A stretch of 64,000 nucleotides of DNA from an uncultured delta proteobacterium (GCA_963802945.1 CAWDKY010000027.1:1-64000), one strand, 5' to 3'. Shown: positions 23,966 through 35,747, counted from the first letter of the stretch. The notes: generated from the sequence alone by a model not told the origin. Numbers and translations are program-made.

Positions 23966-24126
23966 CGTTATATTTAGGGAAGGAAAACCTGCTTGTCAAG
24001 AAATATTCTATGCTGGTCAGCTAATGTTTCCGGTGTCTGGCTGAAAAGGTTACTTGCCGAGATAGAGACTCCCCTGAAGTCGATTCCTTTTTTATCATGA
24101 GAGGAAAGTTGGGAAGCAGCCCATTA

Positions 24127-24263
24127 ACAGGTTGCTGAAAAAGGCCCATCTATCCCGCCAGGCGGGATTGCCCTCATCCCTCGTCATTGCGACGTACTTC
24201 TATGTACGCCTCATTCCTCGGAATTTCGGGCGCCTTGTATCTGGACCTTTTTGAGCAACCTGT
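24127..24263. mobile_element. MITE-like non-autonomous element
   Basis: 18-bp TIRs ACAGGTTGCTGAAAAAGG / CCTTTTTGAGCAACCTGT; internal palindrome ATCCCGCCAGGCGGGAT; no ORF. Confidence 0.7.
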
Positions 24264-24307
24264 AAAAAATGAGTTTTTCCGCATACTGTTAATTATTTTA
24301 TGCTGCC

Positions 24308-24709
24308 CTAAGGGGCGTAGCTGGAGCGGGCTTGTATACCCCAGCGGCCATTTTTCTTCGTAATGATCCACAGGGATTTATAAACCGCATACTTGGATCC
24401 GTCTGCCTTATATCGGCTGAATTGGATATTAAAATGGACCTTGATTTCCGAAGCATGAATGACTTCCAGCGAGTCCAGGTGCTGTGGTGCCATCCCTCTT
24501 TTTTAGTCAGGTAGGCCAGTACTTCCTCCAGGGGTAATAATTCCGAGGCGTTTTGGACGATACTCACCTGCCCCTTGTCGTTGATCCGAATGTGAGGAAA
24601 GTGGTGGGTATCCAGAAAGGTTTCATGGGCATGGGCTGTTAAAGGCAGTAAAATAGGCCTTAATCACTTTAGCGGCTTCGGCTTCAGACAAGAAGTTTGC
24701 TCCTTACAT
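24308..24709 (-). CDS. NTF2-like hypothetical protein (frameshifted)
   Basis: Joined frames give HFPHIRI..EGWHHSTW..KVHFNIQFSRYKADG..SLWIITKKNGRWGIQARSSYAP. Confidence 0.55.
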
Positions 24710-24754
24710 TTTGAATGGGTTAAGGGGAAAGAAGTTCCAATGGGAAAATAAAGG

Positions 24755-25156
24755 CTATTTCCACTTTTCCAAAAGGGTAATCACGGATTCAGGAAGACGA
24801 ACCAATTTGCCTTCCGGATCCAGACAGGCATGGACCGTGTATCCTTGAACCAAGAGTTCTTCCTCCCGGTTAAAAATTCTATAGTCAAACCGCATAGAGG
24901 CCTTGCGGATAAATCCTACACCGCTGTTGATCAGTATAATTTCATCATAACGGGCCGGCTTGTTATATTTTAAGTAGGCTTCGGTAACCGGCAGTCGATA
25001 TCCTCTGGCTTCTATCTCGGCATAGGGAAGCCCCAAATGGCGGATCAGTTCCGAACGGCCGATCTCAAACCAGCGCAAATAATTGGCATAATAGGCCATT
25101 TTCATGGAATCCACATCGCCGTAAATAACCCGGTAAGTCGTTTGAAAAAATTTCAT
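24755..25156 (-). CDS. Acyl-CoA thioesterase (YbgC/FadM hot-dog family)
   Basis: YRVIYGDVDSMKMAYYANYLRWFEIGR and PARYDE. Confidence 0.88.
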   Translation of the reverse strand: MKFFQTTYRVIYGDVDSMKMAYYANYLRWFEIGRSELIRHLGLPYAEIEARGYRLPVTEAYLKYNKPARYDEIILINSGVGFIRKASMRFDYRIFNREEELLVQGYTVHACLDPEGKLVRLPESVITLLEKWK

Positions 25157-25160
25157 TTTA

Positions 25161-26392
25161 TCACCCCTGATGGGCTTTGAGAAACCAGGGCATCAACTGA
25201 TCTCCCTTTATAAAAGAAACCTCCCCCTCCAAAGCCGATCTTTCGGAGAAACCCCTTTTTCGGGAAGGACGGCGTTGGTCTTCAGAACAGAAGATCGAAA
25301 AAGGGAACCGGTTCCCGGGTGTGGGTCATGACCTGGATAGGCGTGAAATGATCGGTCACAATCATCAATGAATAGGCTTCAAATCGGTTCAACCCGGAAA
25401 GGACCGGCCCCACAACCTCTCGATCGAAGGCCTCAATGGCCTGGATCTTTTTCTCCAGGCTTCCTTCATGGGAAGCCTCATCCGGGGCCTCTACATGGAC
25501 ATAGACCAGGTCTTTTTCGGCCAGGAAGGCCAGGGCCTTATCGGCCTTTCCCCGAAAATTGGTATCTAAATATCCGGTCATTCCCTTCCACAAAAAGGGA
25601 TTCCAAACCTGCGCACAACCCAATACCTTTCAAAAGATCCACCGCGGAAACCACTCCCCCCTGAAGGCCGAATCTTTCCCGGAAAGAAGGCATGGCCGGG
25701 GGTTTTCCCTGACCCCACAACCAAATGGAGTTGGCCGGAACCAAACCTGTTCCAGCCTGTTTTGATTGATCGGATGTCGGCGGAGAAAAGGCCAGGTCCG
25801 ACGCATCAGATCCACGATTGGTTCTAACTCTCCTTTGGAATTCAAATAAGCCATCACATCCTGCCCGCTCAGGTCATGGGGGGGCTTGGTCTTGGCCGAT
25901 GGATCGGCTCCGGACCAGACCAGGATATGCCGGTAACTAACCCCCGGATAGAACGATAAATCGGGGCGTGCTAAAAACCCCTTCAGGTCATTGATCAAAA
26001 TCCCGGCTTCTTCGGTAGAAATATGACCGGCGCTATAAGAACCCATAGTCACCACATCATTTCCCTGGTGATCCAGATAAACCAGATTGCAGCGAAAGGC
26101 CACGTCCTTATCCTTTAATCGAATCCCCATACTGACCGCTTCCAATGGGGCGCGGCCTGTATGATAGTTCAACGGGTCATATCCCATAAGGGAAAGGTTG
26201 GCAATATCACTTCCCGGTTCACAAGCTGACGGGTATGGTCTGGGCCCACCCCATAATCCCCTGGGAGGCCGTTTTATCCATATGGGGTGTATGAGCCGCT
26301 TCCAATGGGGTCTTTCCATCCAGGGCCTCTTGAGGGTAATCCCCCATCCCATCCCCAACTAAAATGATATATTTTCTTTTTTCAGGACTCAT
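25161..26392 (-). CDS. apgM: Cofactor-independent phosphoglycerate mutase (ApgM type), frameshifted
   Basis: YIILVGDGM, PGSDIANLS, GRAPLEA, AFRCNL, PPHD, NSIWLWGQG, HVEAPDEASH and TDHFTP; follows hom as usual. Confidence 0.87.
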
Positions 26393-26414
26393 AATAAATA
26401 AAGGAATCGAATGA

Positions 26415-26540
26415 TTGCAGGTTTAAGATACAAGGTGCAAGGTTCAAGGCCTCCAGGCAGGAACCGAATACCGTAAACCTTACACCTTAGACCGGTAGTC
26501 TTTGTGAACCCTTGAATCCTCGAATCCTTTGACCCTTTCT
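26415..26540. repeat. Short 7-8-mer tandem repeats forming loose inverted arms
   Basis: AAGGTGC/AAGGTTC units versus CCTTACA/CCTTAGA, then CCTTGAAT CCTCGAAT CCTTTGAC, between hom and apgM. Confidence 0.5.
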
Positions 26541-26546
26541 ATGTTT

Positions 26547-27850
26547 TTAATTCTCCACCCTGATAATCATCGTTCGATCAGTAATCACCGGCAGCCGGTC
26601 AATCTTTTGGATGGCCTTGTGAACAGATGATTCTCTGGCCTCATGGGTCATCATAACGATCGGGACAGACCCTTCAGTTTCCCGACCTTTTTGGATCACC
26701 GAGGCCACACTGATTTGATTGGCCCCAAGAATGCCGGCTATGGTGGAAAGGACGCCGGGACGATCCAAGGCGGAAAACCTAAAATAGTAACGGGTGAACA
26801 CCTCGGCAAAAGGCTTAAAGGCCAACCCCTTTTCTTTAAAGCTTTTTCTTGAAAGATTCTGAGGAATTCTTTGGGTAACCCCCTTGTTGATATTTCGGCC
26901 CATATTGACCAGATCAGCGACTACGGCGCTCCCGGTAGGCATCATGCCGGCTCCCTTTCCGTAGAGCAAAACATCTCCCACCGAATCTCCCTTTATATAA
27001 AGGGCATTATAGGCCCCCTGGACACTGGTCAGCATATGATCCTTAGGAATCATGGTCGGATGTACCCTGGCCTCTAAAAGGTTCCCTTCCTTCCGACAAA
27101 TGGCCAGAAGCTTGATCGAGTATCCGAATTCCCGCGCAAACTCAATGTCCAATGCCCCGATTCGAGTAATGCCTTCCACAAACACAGTATCAGGATTTAA
27201 CGGAGAGCCATAGGCCAGATGCATTAGAATGGTCAGTTTATGAACCGTATCCATGCCCTCAACATCCAGGGTGGGATCGGCCTCGGCGTATCCTTTTTGT
27301 TGGGCCTCCTTCAAGGCCTGTGAATAAGGCAGCCCTTCTTCCGTCATCCGTGTCAGGATATAATTAGAAGTCCCGTTAAAGATCCCCCAAATGCTTTCGA
27401 TTTCATTGGCCACCAGCCCCTGTTGCAGGGCCAGGATAACCGGAATGCCTCCGCAGACGCTGGCCTCAAAGCCGATATCCAACTTACGATCAAAGGCCTT
27501 TTGAAAAATTTCATCCCCCTTGTGGGCCAGCAAGGCCTTGTTGGCCGTTACCACGTGTTTCCCTTTTCCCAGGGCCTTTAAAATAAGGGTTCGGGCCGGT
27601 TCCAAACCCCCGATCAGTTCTATCACAATGGAGATGTCCGGATCATTAAGGATGTCATCGGCTCTATTCACCAAAAGCCTCTTGGGAATTGTGATCCCTC
27701 GATCCCGTTTCAAATCCAGATCGGCGATCCTTTTTAATTTCATGGGAGCCCCGACCAGAGATCGAAGAAGTCCTTCTTTTTCAATTAAAATCTTTACTAC
27801 CCCGGTTCCCACTGTGCCAAACCGATTAAGCCCACTTGGATTTCTTTCAT
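26547..27850 (-). CDS. hom: Homoserine dehydrogenase with ACT domain (frameshift near the N-terminus)
   Basis: GTVGTGV, HVVTANKAL, FEASVCGGIP, NGTSNYIL, GYAEADP and DRPGVL. Confidence 0.93.
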
Positions 27851-27895
27851 AACCCCCTCACTATATTCTACTCCTGAATTCTGAGATTTTATTTG

Positions 27896-29089
27896 TCACC
27901 CCTGGTTCAATGCCTTTTTTATGCCCCTGACCGCCTGTTGGATACGATGGGGGTTTTCTACCAAAGCAAACCGGACATATTCATCTCCGTATTCTCCGAA
28001 GCCCCGTCCGGGGGATACGGCCACTTTCCCTTCTCGTATGAGAAACTTGGAAAATTCCACCGAACCCATTTTTCTAAAGGGCTCGGGAATTTTTGACCAG
28101 ACAAACATAGTCCCTTTGGGTTTTTCCGTTTTCCAACCGACTTGGTTCAGCCCCCGAATCAGGGCATCCCTTCTTTCCTGGTATAGGCCGACAATCTCCT
28201 GGACACATTCCTGAGGCCCATTTAAGGCAATGATGGAGGCAATCTGGATCGGCTGAAAAACCCCATAGTCCAAATAACTTTTTATACGGGTCAGGGCGTG
28301 AATCAACTGGGGATTTCCCACGGCAAAACCCACTCGCCATCCAGGCATGCTGTAACTCTTGGACAACGAAAAAAATTCCACCCCAACTTCTTTTGCCCCG
28401 GGAATCTGCATAAAACTGGGGGCCTTATACCCGTCAAAGACCAGATCGGCATAAGCAAAGTCGTGGATGACCATCATACGATGTTCCTGTGCAAAGGCCA
28501 CGATATTTTTAAAAAATCCCTTATCCACCACCGTAGTGGTGGGGTTATGGGGAAAGGAGATGATCAACATTTTCGGACTGGGCCAGGTTTGTTTGGTGGC
28601 GGTCAGCAGGTCTTCAAAAAAATCCCGATCCTGACTTATAGGAATACTTCTTAAATCCCCTCCGGCAATGATGACCGAAAAGGGATGAATCGGGTAGGTG
28701 GGATCAGGCGCGAAGACCACATCACCGGGACTGGTGGTGGCCAGGACCAGATGGGATATCCCCTCCTTGGCCCCTATGGTCACAATGGCTTCTGTTTCCG
28801 GGTCCAGCTCCACTTGAAAACGCCTTTTATACCAGTCACAGATGGCTTTTCGGAGCCGGGTGATCCCCCTGGATGCTGAATAACGATGGTTATGGGATTT
28901 CAAAGAGGCTTCCCGAAGTTTATCTACAATATGTTTTGGGGTAGCCAAGTCAGGATTCCCCATTCCCAAATCGATAATATCCTCACCCCGACGCCGCAAT
29001 TCCATTTTTAAGGCATCGACTGTGGCAAAGACATAAGGGGGTAACCGGTTCATTCGTCTGAATTCTTCCATATCAATCTCCTTTTTCAT
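27896..29089 (-). CDS. alaC: Class I/II aminotransferase, AlaC-like
   Basis: [26 protein letters not shown] and [14 protein letters not shown]; upstream of hom. Confidence 0.85.
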   Translation of the reverse strand: MKKEIDMEEFRRMNRLPPYVFATVDALKMELRRRGEDIIDLGMGNPDLATPKHIVDKLREASLKSHNHRYSASRGITRLRKAICDWYKRRFQVELDPETEAIVTIGAKEGISHLVLATTSPGDVVFAPDPTYPIHPFSVIIAGGDLRSIPISQDRDFFEDLLTATKQTWPSPKMLIISFPHNPTTTVVDKGFFKNIVAFAQEHRMMVIHDFAYADLVFDGYKAPSFMQIPGAKEVGVEFFSLSKSYSMPGWRVGFAVGNPQLIHALTRIKSYLDYGVFQPIQIASIIALNGPQECVQEIVGLYQERRDALIRGLNQVGWKTEKPKGTMFVWSKIPEPFRKMGSVEFSKFLIREGKVAVSPGRGFGEYGDEYVRFALVENPHRIQQAVRGIKKALNQG

Positions 29090-29339
29090 ATGACCACATA
29101 AGACATTAAACCAAAAACACCATCAAAGTCAAAATTTTTCCTTTAAATCCTTACACCAGAAATCCGAGAAGTTATCTCCTGCTTTTGAAAATAAGACCCC
29201 CCTTGAACTTTCCAAAATTTTAAATATATTTGGTTAGAATTTTGGGTAAGTATTGACATTGAAACCAAAGGGAATTAGAATCCTTTGTGCGTTCAGCATA
29301 TCCTAACTGTGTAACCACAGAATACAGAAGGGAGAGATC

Positions 29340-29669
29340 ATGGCAGGAAAAAATATTGCCGAAGTCACCGACGAAAATTTTCAAAAGGAAATAACAGAAG
29401 CTTCTACCCCGGCCCTGGTTGACTTTTGGGCTCCTTGGTGCGGTCCTTGTCGGGCGATTGCCCCGGTGGTGGAAGAATTGGCCGTTCAATTTCAAGGTCA
29501 GATCAAAATAGGCAAGCTGAATGTGGATGACAATCCCAAAACACCGGGCCACTATGGAATCCGAGCCATCCCCACCCTAATCCTTTTTAAAAACGGAAAA
29601 GTGGTCGAACAGATCACCGGAGCAGTTTCCAAAAGCACCCTGGAAACCGCCATAAAAAAAACCTTGTAG
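29340..29669 (+). CDS. trxA: Thioredoxin
   Basis: DFWAPWCGPC. Confidence 0.96.
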   Translation: MAGKNIAEVTDENFQKEITEASTPALVDFWAPWCGPCRAIAPVVEELAVQFQGQIKIGKLNVDDNPKTPGHYGIRAIPTLILFKNGKVVEQITGAVSKSTLETAIKKTL

Positions 29670-29670
29670 T

Positions 29671-30601
29671 ATGCCCTGTAGAAAATCCTATTTACGACCT
29701 GATTATCATTGGTGGAGGCCCGGCAGGGCTGACCGCCGGGCTGTACGCCCGACGTTCCCGACTTAGCACCCTTCTTATAGAACAGTTCGTACCGGGAGGA
29801 CAAGTTTTAAATACTGACTGGGTGGACAATTATCCCGGCTTTCCCGAAGGGATTACCGGCTTTGACTTGGTGGATAATATGCGCCGACAGGCCGAGCGGT
29901 TCGAATTGCCGGTCACCAATGATAAAATTGTTTCCCTGTCTCTTCAAGGGACTGCAAAAATATTGCACGGAAACCAGGGCATCTATAAAACCAGGGCCTT
30001 GGTTATCGCCACCGGAGCGATTTATAAAAAATTAGGAGTCCCGGGAGAAGGACTTTTAAGAGGTAAAGGTGTTTCTTATTGCGCCACCTGTGATGGTCCT
30101 TTTTTTAAGGATCAGGAGATTGCCGTCGTCGGGGGCGGAGACACCGCCGTTCAAGAGGCCCTTTATTTAACCCGTTTTGCAAAAAAAGTTTATCTGATCC
30201 ACCGAAGGGATCGGCTTCGAGCCACCCAAATCCTTCAAGAAAAGGCCTTGGCCCATCCTGCCATCCAACCTGTTTGGAAAACGGTGGTGGAAGCCATCCT
30301 GGGAACCGACCAAGTCGAAGGGATTCGGGTTAAAACAGTGGATGACTCCTCCAAACAGATGATTCCCATTCAAGGGGTCTTTATTCTGGTCGGGATCCAA
30401 CCCAACACCGATTGGTTGAAAGAGACCTTGCCGTTGAATCCCGAAGGGTTTATTCAAACTAGTGAACACCTGGCCACCTCCGTGCCGGGAATTTTTGCCG
30501 CCGGAGATGTCCGCCAAAAACTATTGAGACAGATATCCACATCGGTTGGTGATGGGGCCACAGCCGCCTTTGCCGCCGAGAGATACCTGGAGGCCCTATG
30601 A
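29671..30601 (+). CDS. trxB: Thioredoxin-disulfide reductase (frameshift right after the start)
   Basis: YDLIIIGGGPAGLTA, GVSYCATCDG, GGGDTA, IHRRD and AAGDVR. Confidence 0.93.
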
Positions 30602-31320
30602 GAAAAAATCCGCTTTTTACACATTCCTTTTACAAATACAGCCTGATTGTTCTGATCATCGGTTGGTTTTTATTCTCCATGGTGAGTTGCGGATATTTTA
30701 AAAGCAAAGAGGCCAAAGAACTGGAAAAGACCCCCGAAGCCCTGATTCAGGAAGGCCTGGATGCCTATCAGCGAAAAAAATATGAAAAAGCCACTGAAGC
30801 CTTTCAAAAGTTAAAAGATCGTTTCCCTTACAATCCCTATGCGATCGTCGCTGAGCTTAAATTAGCCGACGGTTATTTCTTAAATAAAGAATATTTGTTG
30901 GCGGCTACGGCCTATAAGGAATTCGAAAAATTACATCCAGTCAATGAAATCATTCCTTATGTAATTTTTCAAGTGGCCATGTGTTACTTTAAACAAATGC
31001 CCACTGTTGACCGGGACCAGAGTTACGCTTTACAAGCAGTTCAGGAATTCGATCGATTGATCAAAAACTATCCTCAGAGCGAATATATTTCCCAAGCCCA
31101 AACCCATCTGATAACCGCCAAAAAAAAATTGGCCTCTCATGAATTTTATATAGGGGAATATTATTTTAAGAGAAAGAATTATGACGCGGCTCTGGGCAGG
31201 TTTGAAGGTATCGTTCAGCATTTCCCCGAAACGACCCACCCACCTAAATTGGAACACTATATCCAGATCTGTAAAGAAAAACTGGCCCAAAAACAGCCGC
31301 AAAAAAATAAAAATCCTTGA
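30598..31320 (+). CDS. bamD: Outer-membrane assembly lipoprotein BamD
   Basis: Lipobox MVSC, TPR repeats, DRDQS and LASHEFYIGEYY. Confidence 0.9.
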   Translation: MRKNPLFTHSFYKYSLIVLIIGWFLFSMVSCGYFKSKEAKELEKTPEALIQEGLDAYQRKKYEKATEAFQKLKDRFPYNPYAIVAELKLADGYFLNKEYLLAATAYKEFEKLHPVNEIIPYVIFQVAMCYFKQMPTVDRDQSYALQAVQEFDRLIKNYPQSEYISQAQTHLITAKKKLASHEFYIGEYYFKRKNYDAALGRFEGIVQHFPETTHPPKLEHYIQICKEKLAQKQPQKNKNP

Positions 31321-31537
31321 TGATCGAAACTTGGGGATAGATACCTTCTGCCGGATATTTTAGACAGGGTTTTATGATAACGATAAGAGATTAGGACGAG
31401 GGAAGAGGAACATATTTTTTCCCTACTTGTTAGGGTTGGAGGAGTGTCATTCGAAATCCGCAAGCGAAAATCCAAACTAAAAAATGGCGCCCTAAACTAC
31501 GTTGCGTTTAGGACTGCCATGAACCTTGTAGGGTTCA

Positions 31538-31630
31538 TGGCGGAGAGAGAGGGATTCGAACCCTCGGTAGAAGTTTCCCCCTACACTCGCTTAGCAGGCG
31601 AGCACCTTAAGCCTACTCGGTCATCTCTCC
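31538..31630 (-). tRNA. tRNA-Ser(GCT)
   Basis: GGAGAGATGACCGAGTAGG..CTCGC-CTGCTAA-GCGAG, long variable arm, GGTTCGAATCC, 3' GCCA. Confidence 0.95.
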
Positions 31631-31639
31631 GTTAAAAAG

Positions 31640-31720
31640 CAATCAGAATTCAGCAGTCAGTTCTCAGAAAAAAATTCAGAAAAAACAAGCTGAATACTGA
31701 CAGCTATCTGCTGATAGCTT
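31640..31720. repeat. Heptamer-repeat spacer between the tRNAs
   Basis: TCAG-containing units followed by CTGA-containing units (loose inverted arms). Confidence 0.4.
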
Positions 31721-31724
31721 AGAG

Positions 31725-31812
31725 TGGCGGAGGGAGAGGGATTCGAACCCCCGTTCCCCGGAAGGAAAGCGGTTTTCAAGACCGCCGCCTTAAACCACTC
31801 GGCCATCCCTCC
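31725..31812 (-). tRNA. tRNA-Ser(TGA)
   Basis: GGAGGGATGGCCGAGTGG..GCGGT-CTTGAAA-ACCGC, long variable arm, GGTTCGAATCC, 3' GCCA. Confidence 0.95.
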
Positions 31813-31918
31813 TTGACTATTTTCAATTCTTTTTTACCATTCTCCGCCTTCTCTGTCAACCACCAGACAAGGTTTCTATTCCCTTGACTAATTTACCGCT
31901 CAATGTTACCAAAATAAT

Positions 31919-32497
31919 ATGAATCTCCTAGATATTGCGATTCTGATCATTGTTGCCCTGACGACTATTCGAGGTTTTTCCCGAGGGATCATTCAAGAAG
32001 CGTCCACCATTTTGGGCTTGATAGTCAGCTTTTTATTGGCTTCCTTCTACTATAAAGATCTGGCCTTCTGGCTGGCTCGCTTTCTCCCCAACCATAAAAT
32101 TTTACTGAATTTTTTTGGCTTTATCTTTATTTTTATCCTCGGCATCTTTTTGTTTAATTTTTTGGCTACAATAACCCGGGGGGCCATCCGATTGGTTTTG
32201 TTGGGCTGGCTGGATCGGATATTGGGCAGCCTGTTCGGCCTGATAAAAGGAACGATAATTATCTTTATTCTGGTTACCATCCTGACGGTTTTTTATCCGA
32301 AAAGCGGCCCTGTGGTTGAAGATTCTCGTTTTTTCCCATCTATCCTTTCCCTGACCGAAAAATTGACTTTGTTGATCCCTTACAAGATCAAAGACGACTT
32401 TCTCAAGAAAAAAGAGGGGCTGCAAGACTTTTGGGAAGGCAAGAAAGAAAATATTAAAAAATTACAAAAGATTCCTGATAATGAAAAACTACCTTAA
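31919..32497 (+). CDS. cvpA: CvpA family membrane protein
   Basis: LDIAILII..RGFSRGII..LDRILGSLFGLIKG. Confidence 0.85.
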   Translation: MNLLDIAILIIVALTTIRGFSRGIIQEASTILGLIVSFLLASFYYKDLAFWLARFLPNHKILLNFFGFIFIFILGIFLFNFLATITRGAIRLVLLGWLDRILGSLFGLIKGTIIIFILVTILTVFYPKSGPVVEDSRFFPSILSLTEKLTLLIPYKIKDDFLKKKEGLQDFWEGKKENIKKLQKIPDNEKLP

Positions 32498-33272
32498 AGA
32501 TCGGACTACTCTGGATGACCTGCGAGATTTAATGGCTCGATTAAGGGGGGAGCAAGGATGTCCCTGGGACCGGAAACAGAATGCCGAGAGCCTAAAGATC
32601 TATCTACTTGAAGAAGCTTACGAGCTGGCTGAAGCCTTGGATCGGAAAGCAGGAGATGATGTAAAAGAAGAATTAGGAGACCTTTTATTTCAAATTATTT
32701 TTCTCAGCCGTATCTATGAAGAACAGGGAGATTTCGATCTAAGCCAGGTGATGGATGCCATCTACCAGAAAATGGTCCGCCGTCATCCGCATGTTTTCGG
32801 CAACGAATCCTGGAACAATCCTGAGCAGGTGGTGCAAGGCTGGCAGGATATCAAAGCCGAGGAGAAGATGGGGCAGGATCCCTTCGAATCCGTTCCAGAG
32901 AATTTACCGGCGCTGCTTAAGGCCCATAGGATATCTCAAAGGGCCGCCGGATTGGGTTTTGATTGGCCAGATATGAATGGGGTCTTAGCCAAGGTCCGTG
33001 AGGAATTTAAAGAATTAGAAGAGGCCATCCAGGAAGACGATCTGCCGTCGGCCAAAGAAGAATTGGGAGACCTATTGTTCTCTCTCGTGAATCTGGGACG
33101 GTTTTTAGAGTTCCCGGCAGAAAATGCCCTGCGCCATACTATTCAAAAGTTTCTAAAACGGTTTCGCATTATGGCCGGCGATCCCCGGTTTCGCGACAAA
33201 GGGCTTTCCTTCTTGCCGATTGAGGAATGGGAAGAATTGTGGTTGAGATCAAAAGAATCGGAAAAGGATTAA
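32481..33272 (+). CDS. mazG: Nucleoside triphosphate pyrophosphohydrolase MazG
   Basis: GCPWDRKQ, EEAYE, EELGDLLFQ, RRHPHVF and GFDW. Confidence 0.93.
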   Translation: MKNYLKDRTTLDDLRDLMARLRGEQGCPWDRKQNAESLKIYLLEEAYELAEALDRKAGDDVKEELGDLLFQIIFLSRIYEEQGDFDLSQVMDAIYQKMVRRHPHVFGNESWNNPEQVVQGWQDIKAEEKMGQDPFESVPENLPALLKAHRISQRAAGLGFDWPDMNGVLAKVREEFKELEEAIQEDDLPSAKEELGDLLFSLVNLGRFLEFPAENALRHTIQKFLKRFRIMAGDPRFRDKGLSFLPIEEWEELWLRSKESEKD

Positions 33273-33371
33273 ACAAAATCACCTAAATCTCTTGCTCTTT
33301 CTACTTAAAATTCTAAGTGACTTTTTCACCCTACTAATCAAATCATAATTCTTAAGATTTTAATGGCATTC

Positions 33372-33406
33372 ATGAGAAGCGGGCAGACCCTTCCTGCTTG
33401 GGGACT
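33372..33406 (+). repeat. Direct repeat copy 1 (pairs with 41606-41642)
   Basis: ATGAGAAG..CAGACCCTTCCTGCTTGGGGACT; 22/23 identity with copy 2 over the 3' part. Confidence 0.6.
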
Positions 33407-33887
33407 ACTCCTACTAACTTGTGAACTGTTTAAAAATTAGCGATTTCGGTTTGGAATCAGCAGGCCACTCTATAGTTAAATTTGAGTTTTTCATTTTTCC
33501 GGTTCTATGAAAAAAGGGATAAGGAATTCTTGATTTTCCTTTTGACGAATCCCCCGTGAACCATTACTATAGAAACCGGCCTATGATATTAATTAAGGCA
33601 GGGCAGACAGAAGATAGGTAATAAAAAGAGGGTCGGCACACAAAGGGCAGACTTTCCCTACTTCGGGGATCAGCTCCTTTGGTCTTTAACATTTTCCAAC
33701 CGCTTGGAAATAACAAGCCCATCGAAGAGATCGGGATGTGGGATAAGGGTTTTTCGAGCCTCTTAAACGCAAATATCCTTTTCCTCTTGACAGTGGCCTT
33801 TTAATGGATGGCCTTAAGGTCATGGAGAAAGCCGATAAATCGTTCGACCGGAAGATAAGAACCAAGGTGACAAAACTCCATTGACCC

Positions 33888-35387
33888 TTGAGTAAGAGTC
33901 AAGAGCAGACTCGACCCTTTTCATATCCAATGCCAAATCATCAGCTAGAAGGATCTCAAAAAGGTACCCACAAAAGGATACTGGATTATAAATGGAAAGC
34001 CATGGCCACGGTTGCCCTGGGTACGATCATGGGGGCCATGGATTCCAGTATTACCAATATCTCTTTTCCCATACTGACCAAGACCTTTGGTGTATCGGTT
34101 ACGACGATCGTTTGGGTATCATTGGCCTATATTTTGGCCAGTACGAGCCTGATGCTCATCCTTGGCCGTGTCGGCGACCTGTTGGGGCGAAAAAAAATAT
34201 ATATTGGCGGGACCCTTATTTTCACCTTAGGGTTAACCCTTTGCGCTCTATCCCAAAATGTAACCCAGCTAATCATTTTTCGGATTATTCAGGCCGTAGG
34301 CGCGGCCATGGTCATAGCCTGCGGGGCAGCCATAGTCACCGAAGCCTTTCCACAAAACGAACGAGGTATGGGACTTGGTTTTTTGGCTGTATCGGTCTCC
34401 GCCGGTTTAATAAGCGGTCCGGTTCTGGGTGGATTGCTCCTGGGATGGTTTCATTGGCGTTCCATCTTTTATGTAAGAATACCCATAGGGCTTATGGTAC
34501 TGATGATGGCCCTATTATTTCTTAAAAAAGATCAAAGAAGAGTGGAAAAGATAAAATTTGATTTGTGGGGGACCCTCTTTTCGTCAGGAGGACTTGCCTG
34601 TCTTATGTTCGGAATCAATCAAATCAACCGGTTTGGTTTGAAATCTCCCATGTTTTATTTTTTGATGGGTTTGGGTTTCTTGAGTCTCCTCATTTTTGTT
34701 TTTGTTGAACAACGGGCTGATGACCCCATTGTTGAATTGTCCCTTTTTAAAAATAGGGTTTTTGCCTGCGCCCTGGGGAGCTTATTCCTTATGTTTCTTA
34801 CCTATTCGGCCTATATTCTGTTAATGCCCTTCTATCTTCTCCAGGGGATCGGCCTGACTCCTTCCAAGGCCGGGGTTATGATGACCGTTGTCTCCATGAC
34901 GGCCATCATTGTCGGCCCGATCAGCGGCTGGCTTTCAGATCGGTTCGGTCAGGCCCGGTTTGCTACCCTGGGCGCGGTTTTAACCATCACCTCCTTTTGG
35001 CTCATATTTGGATTTAATCCTGAAAGCCGGATAGTTGATATTGTTCTAGCCTTGGCCTTGGCTGGTTTGGGGATGGGTATGTTTCAATCTCCCAATAACA
35101 GTTCCATTATGGGGGCAGTCCGCGAAGATCGGTATGGGACCGCTTCGGCGATGATCGCCACTTCCAGGCAGGTGGGGATCTCTCTGGGCATGGCTTTGTC
35201 CGGGACTATTTATTCAACCCAACTTGTCTATCACCAGGCCAAATTAATCGGGGGAGGCTTTCAAGGGGCTGTCATTGACAGGCAGGCCGTATCTCTTTCC
35301 TTCAGTGATGCCTTCCTTGTCTCGGCTATTTTGATGTCCTTCGTCGTGGTACTCTCCATCATGACCCGACAAATAAAAACTTCGTAA
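33888..35387 (+). CDS. MFS transporter, DHA2 (14-TM) family
   Basis: MDSSITNISFP, GRVGDLLGRKK, FRIIQAVGAA, WRSIFYV and FQSPNNSSIMG. Confidence 0.9.
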   Translation: MSKSQEQTRPFSYPMPNHQLEGSQKGTHKRILDYKWKAMATVALGTIMGAMDSSITNISFPILTKTFGVSVTTIVWVSLAYILASTSLMLILGRVGDLLGRKKIYIGGTLIFTLGLTLCALSQNVTQLIIFRIIQAVGAAMVIACGAAIVTEAFPQNERGMGLGFLAVSVSAGLISGPVLGGLLLGWFHWRSIFYVRIPIGLMVLMMALLFLKKDQRRVEKIKFDLWGTLFSSGGLACLMFGINQINRFGLKSPMFYFLMGLGFLSLLIFVFVEQRADDPIVELSLFKNRVFACALGSLFLMFLTYSAYILLMPFYLLQGIGLTPSKAGVMMTVVSMTAIIVGPISGWLSDRFGQARFATLGAVLTITSFWLIFGFNPESRIVDIVLALALAGLGMGMFQSPNNSSIMGAVREDRYGTASAMIATSRQVGISLGMALSGTIYSTQLVYHQAKLIGGGFQGAVIDRQAVSLSFSDAFLVSAILMSFVVVLSIMTRQIKTS

Positions 35388-35580
35388 CTGATTAAAACCA
35401 TATCCTTCCGCAAAGACCAAGAATGGTGTACATTTAAGCTGCGATCCCAAAGATTTCAAAAACTAAAATAACCAAAAAATTGTGCATCATGCCCTCCTTT
35501 TTGTGCAAAGGCATATCCCTTCCCTATTCCTAGTAAAACATAACAAACTAAAATAATTAAACAATAAACTTTCACCTCTT

Positions 35581-35596
35581 TGGCATAGGTTTTGCT
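35581..35596 (+). promoter_or_regulatory. sigma54 (-24/-12) promoter
   Basis: TGGCAT-AGGTT-TTGCT; TGTGCA motifs and an AT-rich tract upstream. Confidence 0.6.
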
Positions 35597-35747
35597 TTTA
35601 AAAAGTCATAAAAATCCTATTGCTCTTTGGAACAGGGCGTTTTCTTGGGACAATACTTAAGGTCAGTTTTTAAGGCAGACACCAACTAATCCCTGGTGAG
35701 CCCTAAAGGCATTCAACGTAAATTTTTCATAAAATAAGGAGGTTTTT

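Noticed and set aside
31538-31812. tRNA-Ser genes as island integration sites
   Set aside because: Flanked by core genes (bamD, cvpA); no integrase and no duplicated tRNA 3' end seen.
33540-33780. Possible riboswitch upstream of the MFS gene (CAAAGGG...CCTTTG stem, TTCG loop)
   Set aside because: No match to c-di-GMP, SAM, TPP, cobalamin or other aptamer consensus I can recognise; the hairpins are weak.
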